NCBI GenBank assembly: GCA_046484405.1
Contig: JAWOIX010000074.1
Coordinates: forward strand, 1,083 to 65,082
Direction of reading: 5' to 3'
Source of the DNA: Pelovirga sp.
Lineage (GTDB): Bacteria; Desulfobacterota; Desulfuromonadia; Desulfuromonadales; Geopsychrobacteraceae
DNA: 64,000 bases
In this document: one piece after another, positions 48,682 to 58,393 of the stretch
Position numbering within the stretch: the stretch's first letter is position 1
How the letters are laid out: each line of letters opens with the position of its first letter
The notes under the pieces: generated by a model
Databases searched by the model: none
Told to the model about the DNA's origin: nothing
The model's input: the letters and a program-made list of their open reading frames with translations, nothing else
Made by a program: the position numbers and the translations under genes

Positions 48682-49177
48682 CAATCGTTGTCATTCCCGT
48701 CAAAGGAGAAAAAGTCAGCTGCATCTCGGTACCGTCTTTGTGGCGAACAAACAGGCGCGTCTGCTCCATCCAGCCGAGAGGGTAAACCCGTACCGTCACC
48801 TCTCCATAGCGGAAGCTCCCCTGCCCCTCGACATCGATCTGATGCATCACCAGCGGGCTTAATGATATTTCGCGGCCAAAGGTTTCCTTTTCCTTCTGCT
48901 CGACCGAGACTGTCCGCATCCGATAGGCCTGCAGACTGTTGTTGTCCAGGTCGAAGACCAGTTGATGCTCGTCACGGGTCAGGGTCGCCTCATTGTAAAG
49001 ATTCTTCACCGTTCCGGCCAGTCGTCGCACCATGGTCCGTTCATCGCCGCCGATCCGGTTCAGCAACAGCGGAAAACTCAGAAAGCTGATCAGCGACAGA
49101 ATCACCACTACGACAACCAGCTCGATCAGGGTAAAGCCGGCCCTGTCAGTCGAGGTTCCAGTTGCCAATGTCCGCAT
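48656..49177 (-). CDS. gspH: Type II secretion minor pseudopilin H
   Basis: GFTLIELVVVV; AAGGAG RBS before ATG 49177, overlapping the gspG end. Confidence 0.8.
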   Translation of the reverse strand: MRTLATGTSTDRAGFTLIELVVVVVILSLISFLSFPLLLNRIGGDERTMVRRLAGTVKNLYNEATLTRDEHQLVFDLDNNSLQAYRMRTVSVEQKEKETFGREISLSPLVMHQIDVEGQGSFRYGEVTVRVYPLGWMEQTRLFVRHKDGTEMQLTFSPLTGMTTIDEAKTAMP

Positions 49178-49580
49178 TGTCTCCTTCTCCGCCCGGCTGA
49201 CCATCGGGGCCATAGGAAAGCAGATCGAACTCACCGTGAATGCCGGGAGACAGATAGACATAGGGATTGCCCCAGGGATCCTCCGGAATCCTGCGGATAT
49301 AACCGCCATCCTTGAAGCGGTTGGGGATACGGCCGATACTCGGCTTGGTCACCAGCGCCTGCAATCCCTGCTCGGTGGAGGGATAAAATCCGTTGTCGAG
49401 CTTGAACATCCCCAAGGCTTCTTCAAGATTGCGAATCTGGGCAGCCGCTGAGGTACGGCGGGCCTTTTCCGGTTCGTCAAGCAGGCGCGGGACAACAATC
49501 GCAGCCAGAATGCCAAGAATAACGACGACCACCATCACTTCGATCAGGGTAAAGCCGCGTTGATTATGTTTGATCTGCAT
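49146..49580 (-). CDS. gspG: Type II secretion major pseudopilin G
   Basis: GFTLIEVMVVVVILGIL, YPSTEQGLQAL, DPWGNPY and SYGPDGQPGGEG motifs. Confidence 0.96.
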   Translation of the reverse strand: MQIKHNQRGFTLIEVMVVVVILGILAAIVVPRLLDEPEKARRTSAAAQIRNLEEALGMFKLDNGFYPSTEQGLQALVTKPSIGRIPNRFKDGGYIRRIPEDPWGNPYVYLSPGIHGEFDLLSYGPDGQPGGEGDNADIGNWNLD

Positions 49581-49598
49581 CGTAAAAAACCTCCCTGG

Positions 49599-50813
49599 TT
49601 AACCCATCCCCTGGCTGGCCTGAAAAATCGGCATCAGGACCGCCAGCACAATAAACCCAACAACTCCGCCCATGACCAGTATCATCAGCGGCTCCAGCAA
49701 CGCCATCAGTCCGTTCAGCCTGGTCTGCATCTGATGTTCATAGATATCGGCGACACGAAACAACAACCCCTCCAGTTCCCCGCTGCGCTCACCCACCGCC
49801 GCCATCTGCGCCAGCATCGGCGGAAAAGCGCCGGTATCCCGTAATGGCTTGGCCAGGCCCTCCCCTTCGGTGACTTTTTCACGGACCGTCTCGAGGGCCT
49901 GCTGCAGGTAGTTATTCCCGAGCAGCCGCTGCACAATTTCCAGGGTGGTCAGCAGGGGAACCCCGCTGCGTAGCAGGGTTGCCGTCGTCCTGGCAAAACG
50001 CGCGGTGGCGCTGTGCAACGCCAGCGGACCAATCAACGGCCAGGCAAACTTCTTGCGATCGAGCCAAAGACGTCCGCGGCGGGTGAGGGAATAGCGGCGG
50101 ACCACCCAGACAGCCAGCACGATCGTTCCCACTATCACCCACCAGTAGCTCGACAGGAATTCGCTGAACCCCATCAGCAGCCGGGTCGGCAGCGGCAGGA
50201 CCTGGTCCAGGTCATCCAGCATGCGGGTGATTTTCGGGACGACAAAGGTCATCAGGAAAACCAGGACAGCGGTGCCAACCAGCAGCATCAGCAGCGGATA
50301 CGTCATCGCCGCTTTCAGCTGGGAGTTGAAGCGCGACTGCTCATCCATGAATTCGGCAAGCTGCAGCAGAACCTTATCGAGGGTCCCGCTCGCTTCACCG
50401 ACCTGGACCATGCTGATATACAGTGGCTGAAAAACCTGTGTTTCTGCGGACAACGCCTGATAAAACGGGCTGCCCTGCAGAACCTCCTCACGCACCCGGG
50501 TCAGAATCCCGCCCAGCTCGCCGCGCGACTGCTGTTCCGCAACCGCCGCCAGGCTGTCGGCCAGGGGCATTCCTGCCGCCAGCATAACCGACAGCTGCCG
50601 GGTCGCTACCCCCAGATCGAGGACACTGGTCCGGCGAAACATGCTGCCGCGGGGGCGGCCTTCCGCGGTTTTTGATCGGGCGGCCTTCAACTTGGTCGGG
50701 AAGAGTCCCTGTTCGCCGAGCCGGCGGCTCGCCGCCGCTGAACTGGCCGCTTCAATCACCCCGCGCTTCGACTTCCCCTGCCGGTCAAGAGCACTGTACT
50801 CATAAAGAGCCAC
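49599..50813 (-). CDS. gspF: Type II secretion inner membrane platform protein F
   Basis: TRQLS, VGEASGTL, AMTYP, VGERSGEL and LLEP motifs. Confidence 0.94.
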   Translation of the reverse strand: MALYEYSALDRQGKSKRGVIEAASSAAASRRLGEQGLFPTKLKAARSKTAEGRPRGSMFRRTSVLDLGVATRQLSVMLAAGMPLADSLAAVAEQQSRGELGGILTRVREEVLQGSPFYQALSAETQVFQPLYISMVQVGEASGTLDKVLLQLAEFMDEQSRFNSQLKAAMTYPLLMLLVGTAVLVFLMTFVVPKITRMLDDLDQVLPLPTRLLMGFSEFLSSYWWVIVGTIVLAVWVVRRYSLTRRGRLWLDRKKFAWPLIGPLALHSATARFARTTATLLRSGVPLLTTLEIVQRLLGNNYLQQALETVREKVTEGEGLAKPLRDTGAFPPMLAQMAAVGERSGELEGLLFRVADIYEHQMQTRLNGLMALLEPLMILVMGGVVGFIVLAVLMPIFQASQGMG

Positions 50814-50816
50814 TGA

Positions 50817-52520
50817 CTATACCTCTTCCTGAGTGACGCGCAGAATTTCCTCGATGGTGGTCTGACCCGACAGAACCTTTTCCAGTCCCGCCAGACGCAG
50901 TGGTTTCATCCCGTTCTTCTGGGCCTGCCGACGGATCGAGGCGGCATCGGCGTTGCTGGTGACCAACTGGCGAATCGCATCATTGACCTCGAGCAGCTCA
51001 TACAGTCCGGTTCGTCCCAGGTAGCCGACCTGGAGACACTGGGTGCAACCGCGACCGCGGAAGAACGTCGCCCCTGCCGGCACCGGCTGTTCATCGAAAA
51101 GCTGATTGAGGCTATGCGCGTCGGGCTGATAACTGACCCGGCAGTGGGGACAGATGGTCCGCACCAGCCGCTGCGCCAGAACCCCGAGCAGCGCCGAGGC
51201 CGCCAGAAAGGGTTCGACCCCCATTTCCACCAGGCGCGCAAGAGCCCCGGCAGAATCGTTGGTGTGCAGCGTGGAAAACACCAGGTGCCCGGTCAGTGCT
51301 GCCTGGACGGCGATCTTGGCAGTTTCACTGTCGCGGATTTCGCCGACCATGATGACATCGGGATCCTGCCGCAGAATCGAGCGCAGCCCCTGCGCAAAGG
51401 TCAGGTTGATCTTCTGGTTGACCTGAATCTGACCGACCCCGGGGAGCTGGTATTCTATCGGATCCTCGACGGTAATGATGTTCTGCTCGCGCGAATTGAT
51501 CGATGACAGGGCAGAATAGAGCGTCGTGGTTTTGCCTGCACCGGTGGGACCGGTGACCAGGAAAATACCATGGTTTTTATGGATCATTTTCTCGATCTGC
51601 GGCAGCAGCTGGGCGTCGATGCCGATCTGCCCCAATCCCAGAACGCCGGAACTTTTGTCGAGCAGACGCAACACCACCCGTTCGCCAAAAGCTGTCGGCA
51701 GGGTGGAGACGCGGACATCCGCTTCCTTGCCGGCAATCCGGACGGAAAAACGGCCGTCCTGGGGAAGGCGTTTTTCGGCAATATCGAGATTAGCCATGAT
51801 CTTGACGCGTGAGACGATATTGGCCAGGGCGCGATGAGGCGGACGCTGCACCTCGTAGAGGATGCCGTCGATGCGGGTGCGGATAATCGCTTCCGACTCG
51901 AACGGCTCAATATGAATATCACTGGCGCGCTGGCGATAGGCCTGGGTCAGCAAGCCGTTGACAAAACGAATCACCGGCGCCTCGTCGCTGGTATCGAGAA
52001 GGTCGTCAACCGGCAGCCTGTCTTCCATGGCGATATCGTCCTGGCCGATATCCGCCATCATCGCATGATTGCCGCCGGACAGGGCCTCGTAGCCCTGGTT
52101 GATGGCCCGCAGGATTTTATCCGGCTCCGCCAGGCAGTGAATGATGCGGCAACCGGTCATCACCGACAGATCATTAAGGACGCGATTGTTGTTGGGATCC
52201 GCAACCGCCAGACGGATCGTCTGACCATCGATATCCAGCGGGACAACCAGGTGCTCCTTGGCGTAGCCGATCGGGATGGTGGTCAGCAGCTCCAGGGCGG
52301 TTGAGGATATTTTCGGTTCGCTGACGAATTCGATGCCGCTCTGGGTCGCGAGGGCCTCGGCCATCACCAGGTCCGACATCACCCCTTTTTCCCGGAGAAT
52401 TTCCCCGAGCCGCAACCGGCTGCCCTGCTGCTCTCCGAGGGCCTCCTTGATGACCTCTTCCGCAACCCCCTTGTCCTTGACAAGAATATCACCAAGCTTT
52501 CGCCACTTTAACGGTCGCAT
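50817..52520 (-). CDS. gspE: Type II secretion ATPase E
   Basis: ASDIHIEP, LPQDGR, GPTGAGKTT, LRQDPD and STLHTN motifs, tetracysteine module; N-terminal KLGDILV/RLGEIL MshEN-like motifs. Confidence 0.95.
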   Translation of the reverse strand: MRPLKWRKLGDILVKDKGVAEEVIKEALGEQQGSRLRLGEILREKGVMSDLVMAEALATQSGIEFVSEPKISSTALELLTTIPIGYAKEHLVVPLDIDGQTIRLAVADPNNNRVLNDLSVMTGCRIIHCLAEPDKILRAINQGYEALSGGNHAMMADIGQDDIAMEDRLPVDDLLDTSDEAPVIRFVNGLLTQAYRQRASDIHIEPFESEAIIRTRIDGILYEVQRPPHRALANIVSRVKIMANLDIAEKRLPQDGRFSVRIAGKEADVRVSTLPTAFGERVVLRLLDKSSGVLGLGQIGIDAQLLPQIEKMIHKNHGIFLVTGPTGAGKTTTLYSALSSINSREQNIITVEDPIEYQLPGVGQIQVNQKINLTFAQGLRSILRQDPDVIMVGEIRDSETAKIAVQAALTGHLVFSTLHTNDSAGALARLVEMGVEPFLAASALLGVLAQRLVRTICPHCRVSYQPDAHSLNQLFDEQPVPAGATFFRGRGCTQCLQVGYLGRTGLYELLEVNDAIRQLVTSNADAASIRRQAQKNGMKPLRLAGLEKVLSGQTTIEEILRVTQEEV

Positions 52521-52524
52521 CGGT

Positions 52525-54528
52525 TCAGCCTCCCGGTGTTGTTTCTGCGTCCTCGATGCGTTGGCTTTCCTGTTTCTCAAAGAATCGCTCCGACCCGCCT
52601 TCCGTGCGGAACATCTGGAGGTCCAGCTGGCTGTCACGGGTGACCCGATTGAGATCTTCACTGCTGTTGATCACCCGCGGGGTGATAAAAATCAGCAGGC
52701 TGGTTTTCCTTTCTTCATCACGGGTTGACTTGAACAGCCAGCCGAGCACCGGAATATCACCGAGCAGCGGCACCTTGCTCTGCTGCTTCGTCACCGTGTT
52801 CTTGAACAGGCCGCCGAGAACGACGGTTTCGCCGTCCCGCGCGACGATGGAATTGCGCAGCAGGGTCTTGGTCAGAGTCGGTCCGATTTCATCGACGTTA
52901 CCAACCCCGCCGGTGGACTTGACCCCGCTGATCTCCTGGTGAATTTTCATCCGCACCAGCCCGCCCTCAGTGATCTGCGGCGTAAAGCGCAGAATCAGGG
53001 CGGCATCCTGGCGCTCAACCGTGCTGATCGGGTTGCCGCTGCCGGTGCTTTCCGTCCGCGAGGTGATGATCGGCACGTTTTCACCGACGAGAATTTCCGC
53101 CTCCTCATTGTCCGACGTCAGCAGCCGCGGTGCTGACAGGACGTTGACATCCGAGTCGGTCTTGGACAGATTAATCAACGCCGATAACGCCGGGACCGTG
53201 ACCGATTCGCCATCGATCGTCGTGGTAATCGGGCTGAACAGTCCGCCCATGAGAATCCCTTCTACCGCCTGGGTCAGGACACCGATACCGGGCCCGCCGA
53301 GGGGCATGCCGCTGCCGACGCTGATGACGCTGTCATCCCCCAGGTCAACGGCGCCCTGCAGGGATGTCCCGAGGGCCAGCACGGCATCCATCCCCAGCTC
53401 CATGATCAGTGCCTCGACAAAAACCTGCTTGCGGCGGATATCAAGCTGACGGATCAGGCTGACGACATTCTCGTACTCCTCAAGGGAGGCATTGATAATC
53501 ACCGCGTTGGTTGGCCGGTCGAAGGTCACCGACACATCCTCGAACATCTTCTCCGGCGCTGTCCCCTCGGGTCGTGGCACCGCAGTAGCGGTCGTTCCGC
53601 TGATGATCTGGTTGAGGGTCTCCGCCAGAGGCTCGGCCTCGGCATTTTCAAGATAATAGACATAGACACCGGAGCGGCCGACCTCAGCCCGGGTATCCAG
53701 ATGCACGATGAGCTTTTTTGCCTGTTCAATGAAAGCGTCTTCGCCCTGCAGCATCAGGGTATTGGTCCGGCCATAGGGAATGATCTGCCCGGAAACCCGC
53801 TTGCCGGAGGAGGTCTGGGCCTGGCGGGCCGCACTGCGTGCCGGTGTTCCGCTGCTACTGTCGCCCTCCAGCATCTGCATGACCGTGTTCGCGGTGTCCT
53901 GCGCTTCGGCGTACTGCAGGACCACCATCTCCATGCGCTCATTGTCCCAGGTTCGGTCCAGGGTATCCAACAGGCGGGAAAGACGATCGATGTTGGCAGC
54001 CGTATCGGTGATTACCACCGTATTGGTCGCCTGGTGCGCAACGGCATGACTGGTTTTCGGCATCAGTGGACGCAGAATCGTATCCACCGCTACCAGCGCG
54101 TCGAGGTTCTTCATTTTCAAAACGCGCGTGACCAGCTGGTCACCCGGTGCCCGGGCACCGCCGATCGGCAGGGTTTCCTCTTTTGCCGTCGCCAGAGAGA
54201 CAATCTTGTTGACCTGCCCGGCCGGAATGACGGTAAAGCCCTTGACCCGCAGTACCGTGGTAAAAAGGCTGTAGGCTTCCGCCAGAGTGACCGGCTCGGG
54301 AGACAATATTGTCACCTTGCCGCGCACGGCCTCGTCGTAAAGGAAGTTCTTGCCGGTCAGCTCGCTGATCGTACTGATCATATCCGTCAGTTCGACATTC
54401 TGGAAATCGAGAGTGATCAACAGGTCGTCAGGGAGTTCTCTGGCAACCGTGACAACGGGCGCAAACAAGAACCCCGCCATCAGGAAGACAAACAGAAGAA
54501 TGCCGGGAAAAATACCGTTTTTCAGCAC
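52525..54528 (-). CDS. gspD: Type II secretion secretin D
   Basis: LDFQNVEL N0 domain, LDIRRKQVFVEALI, LSAPRLLTSDNEEA, KVPLLGDIPVLGWLF and LIFITP motifs. Confidence 0.95.
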   Translation of the reverse strand: MLKNGIFPGILLFVFLMAGFLFAPVVTVARELPDDLLITLDFQNVELTDMISTISELTGKNFLYDEAVRGKVTILSPEPVTLAEAYSLFTTVLRVKGFTVIPAGQVNKIVSLATAKEETLPIGGARAPGDQLVTRVLKMKNLDALVAVDTILRPLMPKTSHAVAHQATNTVVITDTAANIDRLSRLLDTLDRTWDNERMEMVVLQYAEAQDTANTVMQMLEGDSSSGTPARSAARQAQTSSGKRVSGQIIPYGRTNTLMLQGEDAFIEQAKKLIVHLDTRAEVGRSGVYVYYLENAEAEPLAETLNQIISGTTATAVPRPEGTAPEKMFEDVSVTFDRPTNAVIINASLEEYENVVSLIRQLDIRRKQVFVEALIMELGMDAVLALGTSLQGAVDLGDDSVISVGSGMPLGGPGIGVLTQAVEGILMGGLFSPITTTIDGESVTVPALSALINLSKTDSDVNVLSAPRLLTSDNEEAEILVGENVPIITSRTESTGSGNPISTVERQDAALILRFTPQITEGGLVRMKIHQEISGVKSTGGVGNVDEIGPTLTKTLLRNSIVARDGETVVLGGLFKNTVTKQQSKVPLLGDIPVLGWLFKSTRDEERKTSLLIFITPRVINSSEDLNRVTRDSQLDLQMFRTEGGSERFFEKQESQRIEDAETTPGG

Positions 54529-54537
54529 AATCAGCTC

Positions 54538-55482
54538 CTATTCGAAACTGTATTCAAACGTTTGGGGCTGGCCGTCACGGACCAGACCAACAGAAATATT
54601 GTTGGCTTCGCGCACCTGCTGAAACACCTGCAGGGCTTTTTCCGGGCTGTCCAGCTTGATGCGGTTGATTTCGACAACAACATCGCCGAGGCGCAAGCCC
54701 AGCTGTTCAAGCAATGACCCCCGTTGCATACCGACCAGCCGGAAGCCTTGCGTCTGACCGTTCTCCATCTGCGGAATCATCCGTGCCGACTGCAGCAGCG
54801 CCCCCATGTTGGAGCGGGCATTGTCAACCAGCGCCCGGTCAACGCGAAAGCGCCCTTCCCCCATATCAACAACCCCGCTCTGCGTTGCCGGCGTCGCCGC
54901 ACTCCGCGCCGCCGCACTCCGTGGCGCGCCGCTGCCGGCAGTACGGGGTGCATCGGCTGATTGCTGCTCCACCAGGTGCAGCTCCTGACGGTTGCCGCGG
55001 ACTGACACAACCACCAGCTTGCGTTCGATACTCTCGATGGTGACTCCGGAGGCCAGTTCGCTGCCAAGCCCATAAACCTCAAGCTTGTTGCCCGACTGGA
55101 TCAATGCCAGCGAATAATCCGCCGCGACCACTGTTCCCATGAGAATGAAATTGTCGAGACTGGTTGCCGCGGGATCCGGTTCGCTTTCAAAGGGAGACGC
55201 GGAGAGATCGACCCGCTCGAGCGTTGCCCCGACCGCCTCGGCATTGAACAGACTGCGTTGCAAGATGACCTGCAGGTCTTCTTCCTGCGGTTGCCGTACC
55301 GTCATCGGCTGGGACGCCGGTTCGGCCAGGTAGGACCCCTCAACGCCAAACGTCAGGTGAACAAAACGACCCGCCAGCATGCCGGCAACCAGTCCCGCGA
55401 CCAGCGCCAGTAACACCAGGGTATAATTCAGGAACGTCTGTAAATTGAGCTGCACAGCTATCACAAGCGACACCGTCGGCAA
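54538..55482 (-). CDS. gspC: Type II secretion protein C (PDZ-containing)
   Basis: TM helix, HR domain (LMGTV..ALI), C-terminal PDZ (LGLRLGDVVVEIN); start uncertain (alternative GTG 55455). Confidence 0.88.
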   Translation of the reverse strand: MPTVSLVIAVQLNLQTFLNYTLVLLALVAGLVAGMLAGRFVHLTFGVEGSYLAEPASQPMTVRQPQEEDLQVILQRSLFNAEAVGATLERVDLSASPFESEPDPAATSLDNFILMGTVVAADYSLALIQSGNKLEVYGLGSELASGVTIESIERKLVVVSVRGNRQELHLVEQQSADAPRTAGSGAPRSAAARSAATPATQSGVVDMGEGRFRVDRALVDNARSNMGALLQSARMIPQMENGQTQGFRLVGMQRGSLLEQLGLRLGDVVVEINRIKLDSPEKALQVFQQVREANNISVGLVRDGQPQTFEYSFE

Positions 55483-55626
55483 CGAAAGAACTCACACAGG
55501 GGAGAATGAGGTCTGCATTGGCAATTCATTGATAATTGCTATTTTTTACAATTGTTCATTATACACGATCAAGAACAGATGTAATCAGTCTTTTCAGCGG
55601 CTGGCAGAACCGACCGGCGAGCCGGC

Positions 55627-56220
55627 TCATTCCGTTTGCCTTGTACCAAACACCAGCACCCCGCCATAGTGACCAAGCAGAGTGACACAGGCCAGCAGCA
55701 GCAGATCCAGCCCAACGAAGAGAAAGGCAGCAAGGCCACCCCCGGTGAGCACCTGCGGATCCAGCCAGCGCCACAGGACTGCCGTCCAGCAGAGCAGCAG
55801 CAGCGCGCGGGCCAGGGTGTTCTTTTTCAGGAAAATCGGCGCGCGCACCGCGCCGAAGCGTTTTTCCCAGGCGGACAGTCCGGTCACCAGGGTCAGCGGA
55901 ACGCTCACTCCGGCAACCAGCAGCACAGCGGAACCAACAAGTTCCAGAAGGTATTGTCCGGTGACCAGAAAGAGCAGGTGAAAGAGGACTGCCGTCGGAA
56001 TCAATGCCACCGGGAAGTGAGAAAACACCGCATGAGGAACAAACGCCCGACGCATCTGCCCCAGTTCATCGAGCATCCGGGCTATGATCGTGCCCTTTTC
56101 CGGCGCATCGTCCACCAGCACGAACTTATCCGCTGTGGCGTGACACAGGGGACAGGATTGTGGCGGCACTTCACCTGCATGAAGATAACCGCAGACGGTA
56201 CACCGCCAGGTTCTGGTCAC
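55627..56220 (-). CDS. Rubredoxin-like domain fused to a DUF2231-type membrane domain
   Basis: WRCTVCGY...CPLC, then PHAVFSHFP, four TM helices and LGHYGGVLVF. Confidence 0.8.
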   Translation of the reverse strand: MTRTWRCTVCGYLHAGEVPPQSCPLCHATADKFVLVDDAPEKGTIIARMLDELGQMRRAFVPHAVFSHFPVALIPTAVLFHLLFLVTGQYLLELVGSAVLLVAGVSVPLTLVTGLSAWEKRFGAVRAPIFLKKNTLARALLLLCWTAVLWRWLDPQVLTGGGLAAFLFVGLDLLLLACVTLLGHYGGVLVFGTRQTE

Positions 56221-56378
56221 AGTGGGTACTCCCGCGTAGAAGCGATTTGAATCCTGCAGATAATCAGACTATACTTACGCGTTCATCTGCCGGGGAGCAG
56301 TCGGTTGCGTCCCGCAGCGCATTGTAACAATCTGACATTTTTTTCCAACCCTCTTTAGTCAACAAAGGAGATGAGTAT

Positions 56379-57371
56379 ATGCGAGCAGTCGTAATGGAGC
56401 AGTTCGGAGCACCTGACGTCATGAAGATCGGCACCCTGGAAAAACCGCAACCACAGGAGAAGCAGGTCCTGGTCAAGGTCATGACCACCAGTATCAACCG
56501 CCCCGACCTGGTCCAGCGCATCGGCAACTACCCTCCACCACCCGGCGACTCGGAAATTCTCGGCCTTGAAGTTGCCGGCGTCATTGACGCGGTCGGTCCG
56601 GGCGTCAGTGACTGGAAAGCGGGAGACCGGGTGATGGCTCTGGTGGGTGGCGGGGGCTACGCCGAATACGCCGTCGCCTACGCCAGCCACCTGATGGCGA
56701 TTCCGGAAAGCATGAGCTATGCCGAGGCGGCCTGCGTCAATGAAAGCTACATCACCGCCTTTCTCAACCTGTTCATGATCGGCGGCCTTAAGGATGGACA
56801 GACAGCGATTCTTCACGGTGGTGGCGGTGGCGTCAACACCGCGGCCATTCAGCTGGCCCGGGCATTGACCCCCACTGCCAAACTGATCGTGACGGCCCAC
56901 CCGAGCAAGATGGAACGGGTCAGAAAACTGGGTGCGGACCTGGTCATCGACTTCACCACCACCGAGGATTTCACCGATGAGGTCAAAAACTTTACCGGCA
57001 AAAAAGGGGTCGACGTCATCGTCGATCATGTCGGCGCCAAATATCTCAAACCCAACATGAACTCGCTGGCCTACCAGGGGAAGCTGGTCATTATCGGAGT
57101 GATCAGTGGCATCAAGGCAGAGCTCAACCTGGCTTTGATGATGGTCAAGCGCCAGCAGATTATCGGATCGGTGCTGCGCAGCCGGCCGGTGGAGGAAAAG
57201 GCACAGATCGTTGCCGAGTTCACCCGCCGGGCATTACCGAAGTTCGCCGATCGCACCGTTGTCCCGATCATCGAGCAGGTTTTTCCTCTTGAAGAGGTCG
57301 TCGCAGCCCACACGATGATGGAAGAAGACAAGCATTTCGGAAAAATTGTTCTTAAAGTAGCGGACGCATAG
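56379..57371 (+). CDS. NAD(P)H:quinone oxidoreductase (PIG3/zeta-crystallin family)
   Basis: INRPDLVQRIGNYPPP, ILGLEVAG, HGGGGGVNTAAIQL and HFGKIVL motifs. Confidence 0.92.
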   Translation: MRAVVMEQFGAPDVMKIGTLEKPQPQEKQVLVKVMTTSINRPDLVQRIGNYPPPPGDSEILGLEVAGVIDAVGPGVSDWKAGDRVMALVGGGGYAEYAVAYASHLMAIPESMSYAEAACVNESYITAFLNLFMIGGLKDGQTAILHGGGGGVNTAAIQLARALTPTAKLIVTAHPSKMERVRKLGADLVIDFTTTEDFTDEVKNFTGKKGVDVIVDHVGAKYLKPNMNSLAYQGKLVIIGVISGIKAELNLALMMVKRQQIIGSVLRSRPVEEKAQIVAEFTRRALPKFADRTVVPIIEQVFPLEEVVAAHTMMEEDKHFGKIVLKVADA

Positions 57372-57395
57372 TTTATTGAACATTGCCATTAAGTG

Positions 57396-57434
57396 AACAG
57401 GGCCTTCTCGCTGATTTCGAGAGGGCCCTGTTTC
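57396..57434 (+). terminator. Hairpin/terminator after the quinone oxidoreductase
   Basis: AACAGGGCCTTCTCG-7 nt-CGAGAGGGCCCTGTTTC. Confidence 0.55.
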
Positions 57435-57460
57435 ATCCCTTCTGAAGGATCCTAACAACC

Positions 57461-58057
57461 ATGTCATTCGAGATTTCCGGGTTCCACCGCGCGCCCCTGC
57501 TGGAGGGACGCTTTGTCAGGCCGGTTCGCCTTAACTATACCCAGAACGGCACGGCTCGCTCCTGGGAGGCGGTCAAATGCCACGACAGTGTTGCCGTACT
57601 GCTTTTTCATCGGGAAAAGGATGCCTTTTTGCTGGTCAAACAGTTCCGCCCCGCCGTTCACATGAACCACCCCGAGCATTTGTGTACGTATGAACTCTGT
57701 GCCGGGCTGGTGGATAAGGAGGCGACCCCGGAACAGATCGTCCGCGAGGAGATCAATGAGGAATGCGGCTTTGATGTGCCCGTGCAAAGGATCCGGAAAA
57801 TCAGCTCGTTTTTCACCAACGTCGGCGTCAGCGGCAACCGGCAGCACCTGTTCTACGCCGAAATCGACGAAGCGATGAAGCAACATGCCGGCGGCGGGGT
57901 CCACACCGAGGAGATCATCCTCGAATATGTCCCGCGCCACCAGGCCAGGGCTTTCATCTACGACGAAAGCAAAGCCAAGACACCCGGACTGATGTTTGCT
58001 TTTTACTGGTTCTGGGAGCAGCAGCAGATAACCGGTTCGCCGGCGTCATGCGGATAA
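57461..58057 (+). CDS. Nudix sugar-nucleotide diphosphatase (NudK/NudF-like)
   Basis: HDSVAVLL, LVKQFRP, YELCAGLVD, REEINEECG and GGG motifs. Confidence 0.85.
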   Translation: MSFEISGFHRAPLLEGRFVRPVRLNYTQNGTARSWEAVKCHDSVAVLLFHREKDAFLLVKQFRPAVHMNHPEHLCTYELCAGLVDKEATPEQIVREEINEECGFDVPVQRIRKISSFFTNVGVSGNRQHLFYAEIDEAMKQHAGGGVHTEEIILEYVPRHQARAFIYDESKAKTPGLMFAFYWFWEQQQITGSPASCG

Positions 58058-58113
58058 CGGCACCATAATTTTCGCGCGGAGAGGACAAAACCACCCCCGC
58101 GCGCAGACAACTG

Positions 58114-58356
58114 TCAGGGCAATGCAACCCCGCAACTGCCATCGCAGTGGGGCGGGTTTTTACTTTTCCAGCAGGTGCACAGATAGACCTTCTCGCGCTC
58201 GGTGATGGTAAAGCGGATCGGCACCTTCTCCCCGTGCCGGTGATGTCCATCACAAAAGGGCAGACTGTCCGACTGGCCGCAGGTGCAGCGAAAATAGGTG
58301 CCGGGCTCCAGGGTCATGGCGATGGGCATCGCCTGATCGTCAACAGGTTTATCCAT
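58114..58356 (-). CDS. CDGSH iron-sulfur domain protein (two CDGSH motifs)
   Basis: CTCGQSDSLPFCDGHH and LCTCWKSKNPPHCDGSC. Confidence 0.88.
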   Translation of the reverse strand: MDKPVDDQAMPIAMTLEPGTYFRCTCGQSDSLPFCDGHHRHGEKVPIRFTITEREKVYLCTCWKSKNPPHCDGSCGVALP

Positions 58357-58393
58357 TGAAACAGCTCTCCTCGTCTCTGGCGGTGACCCACTA

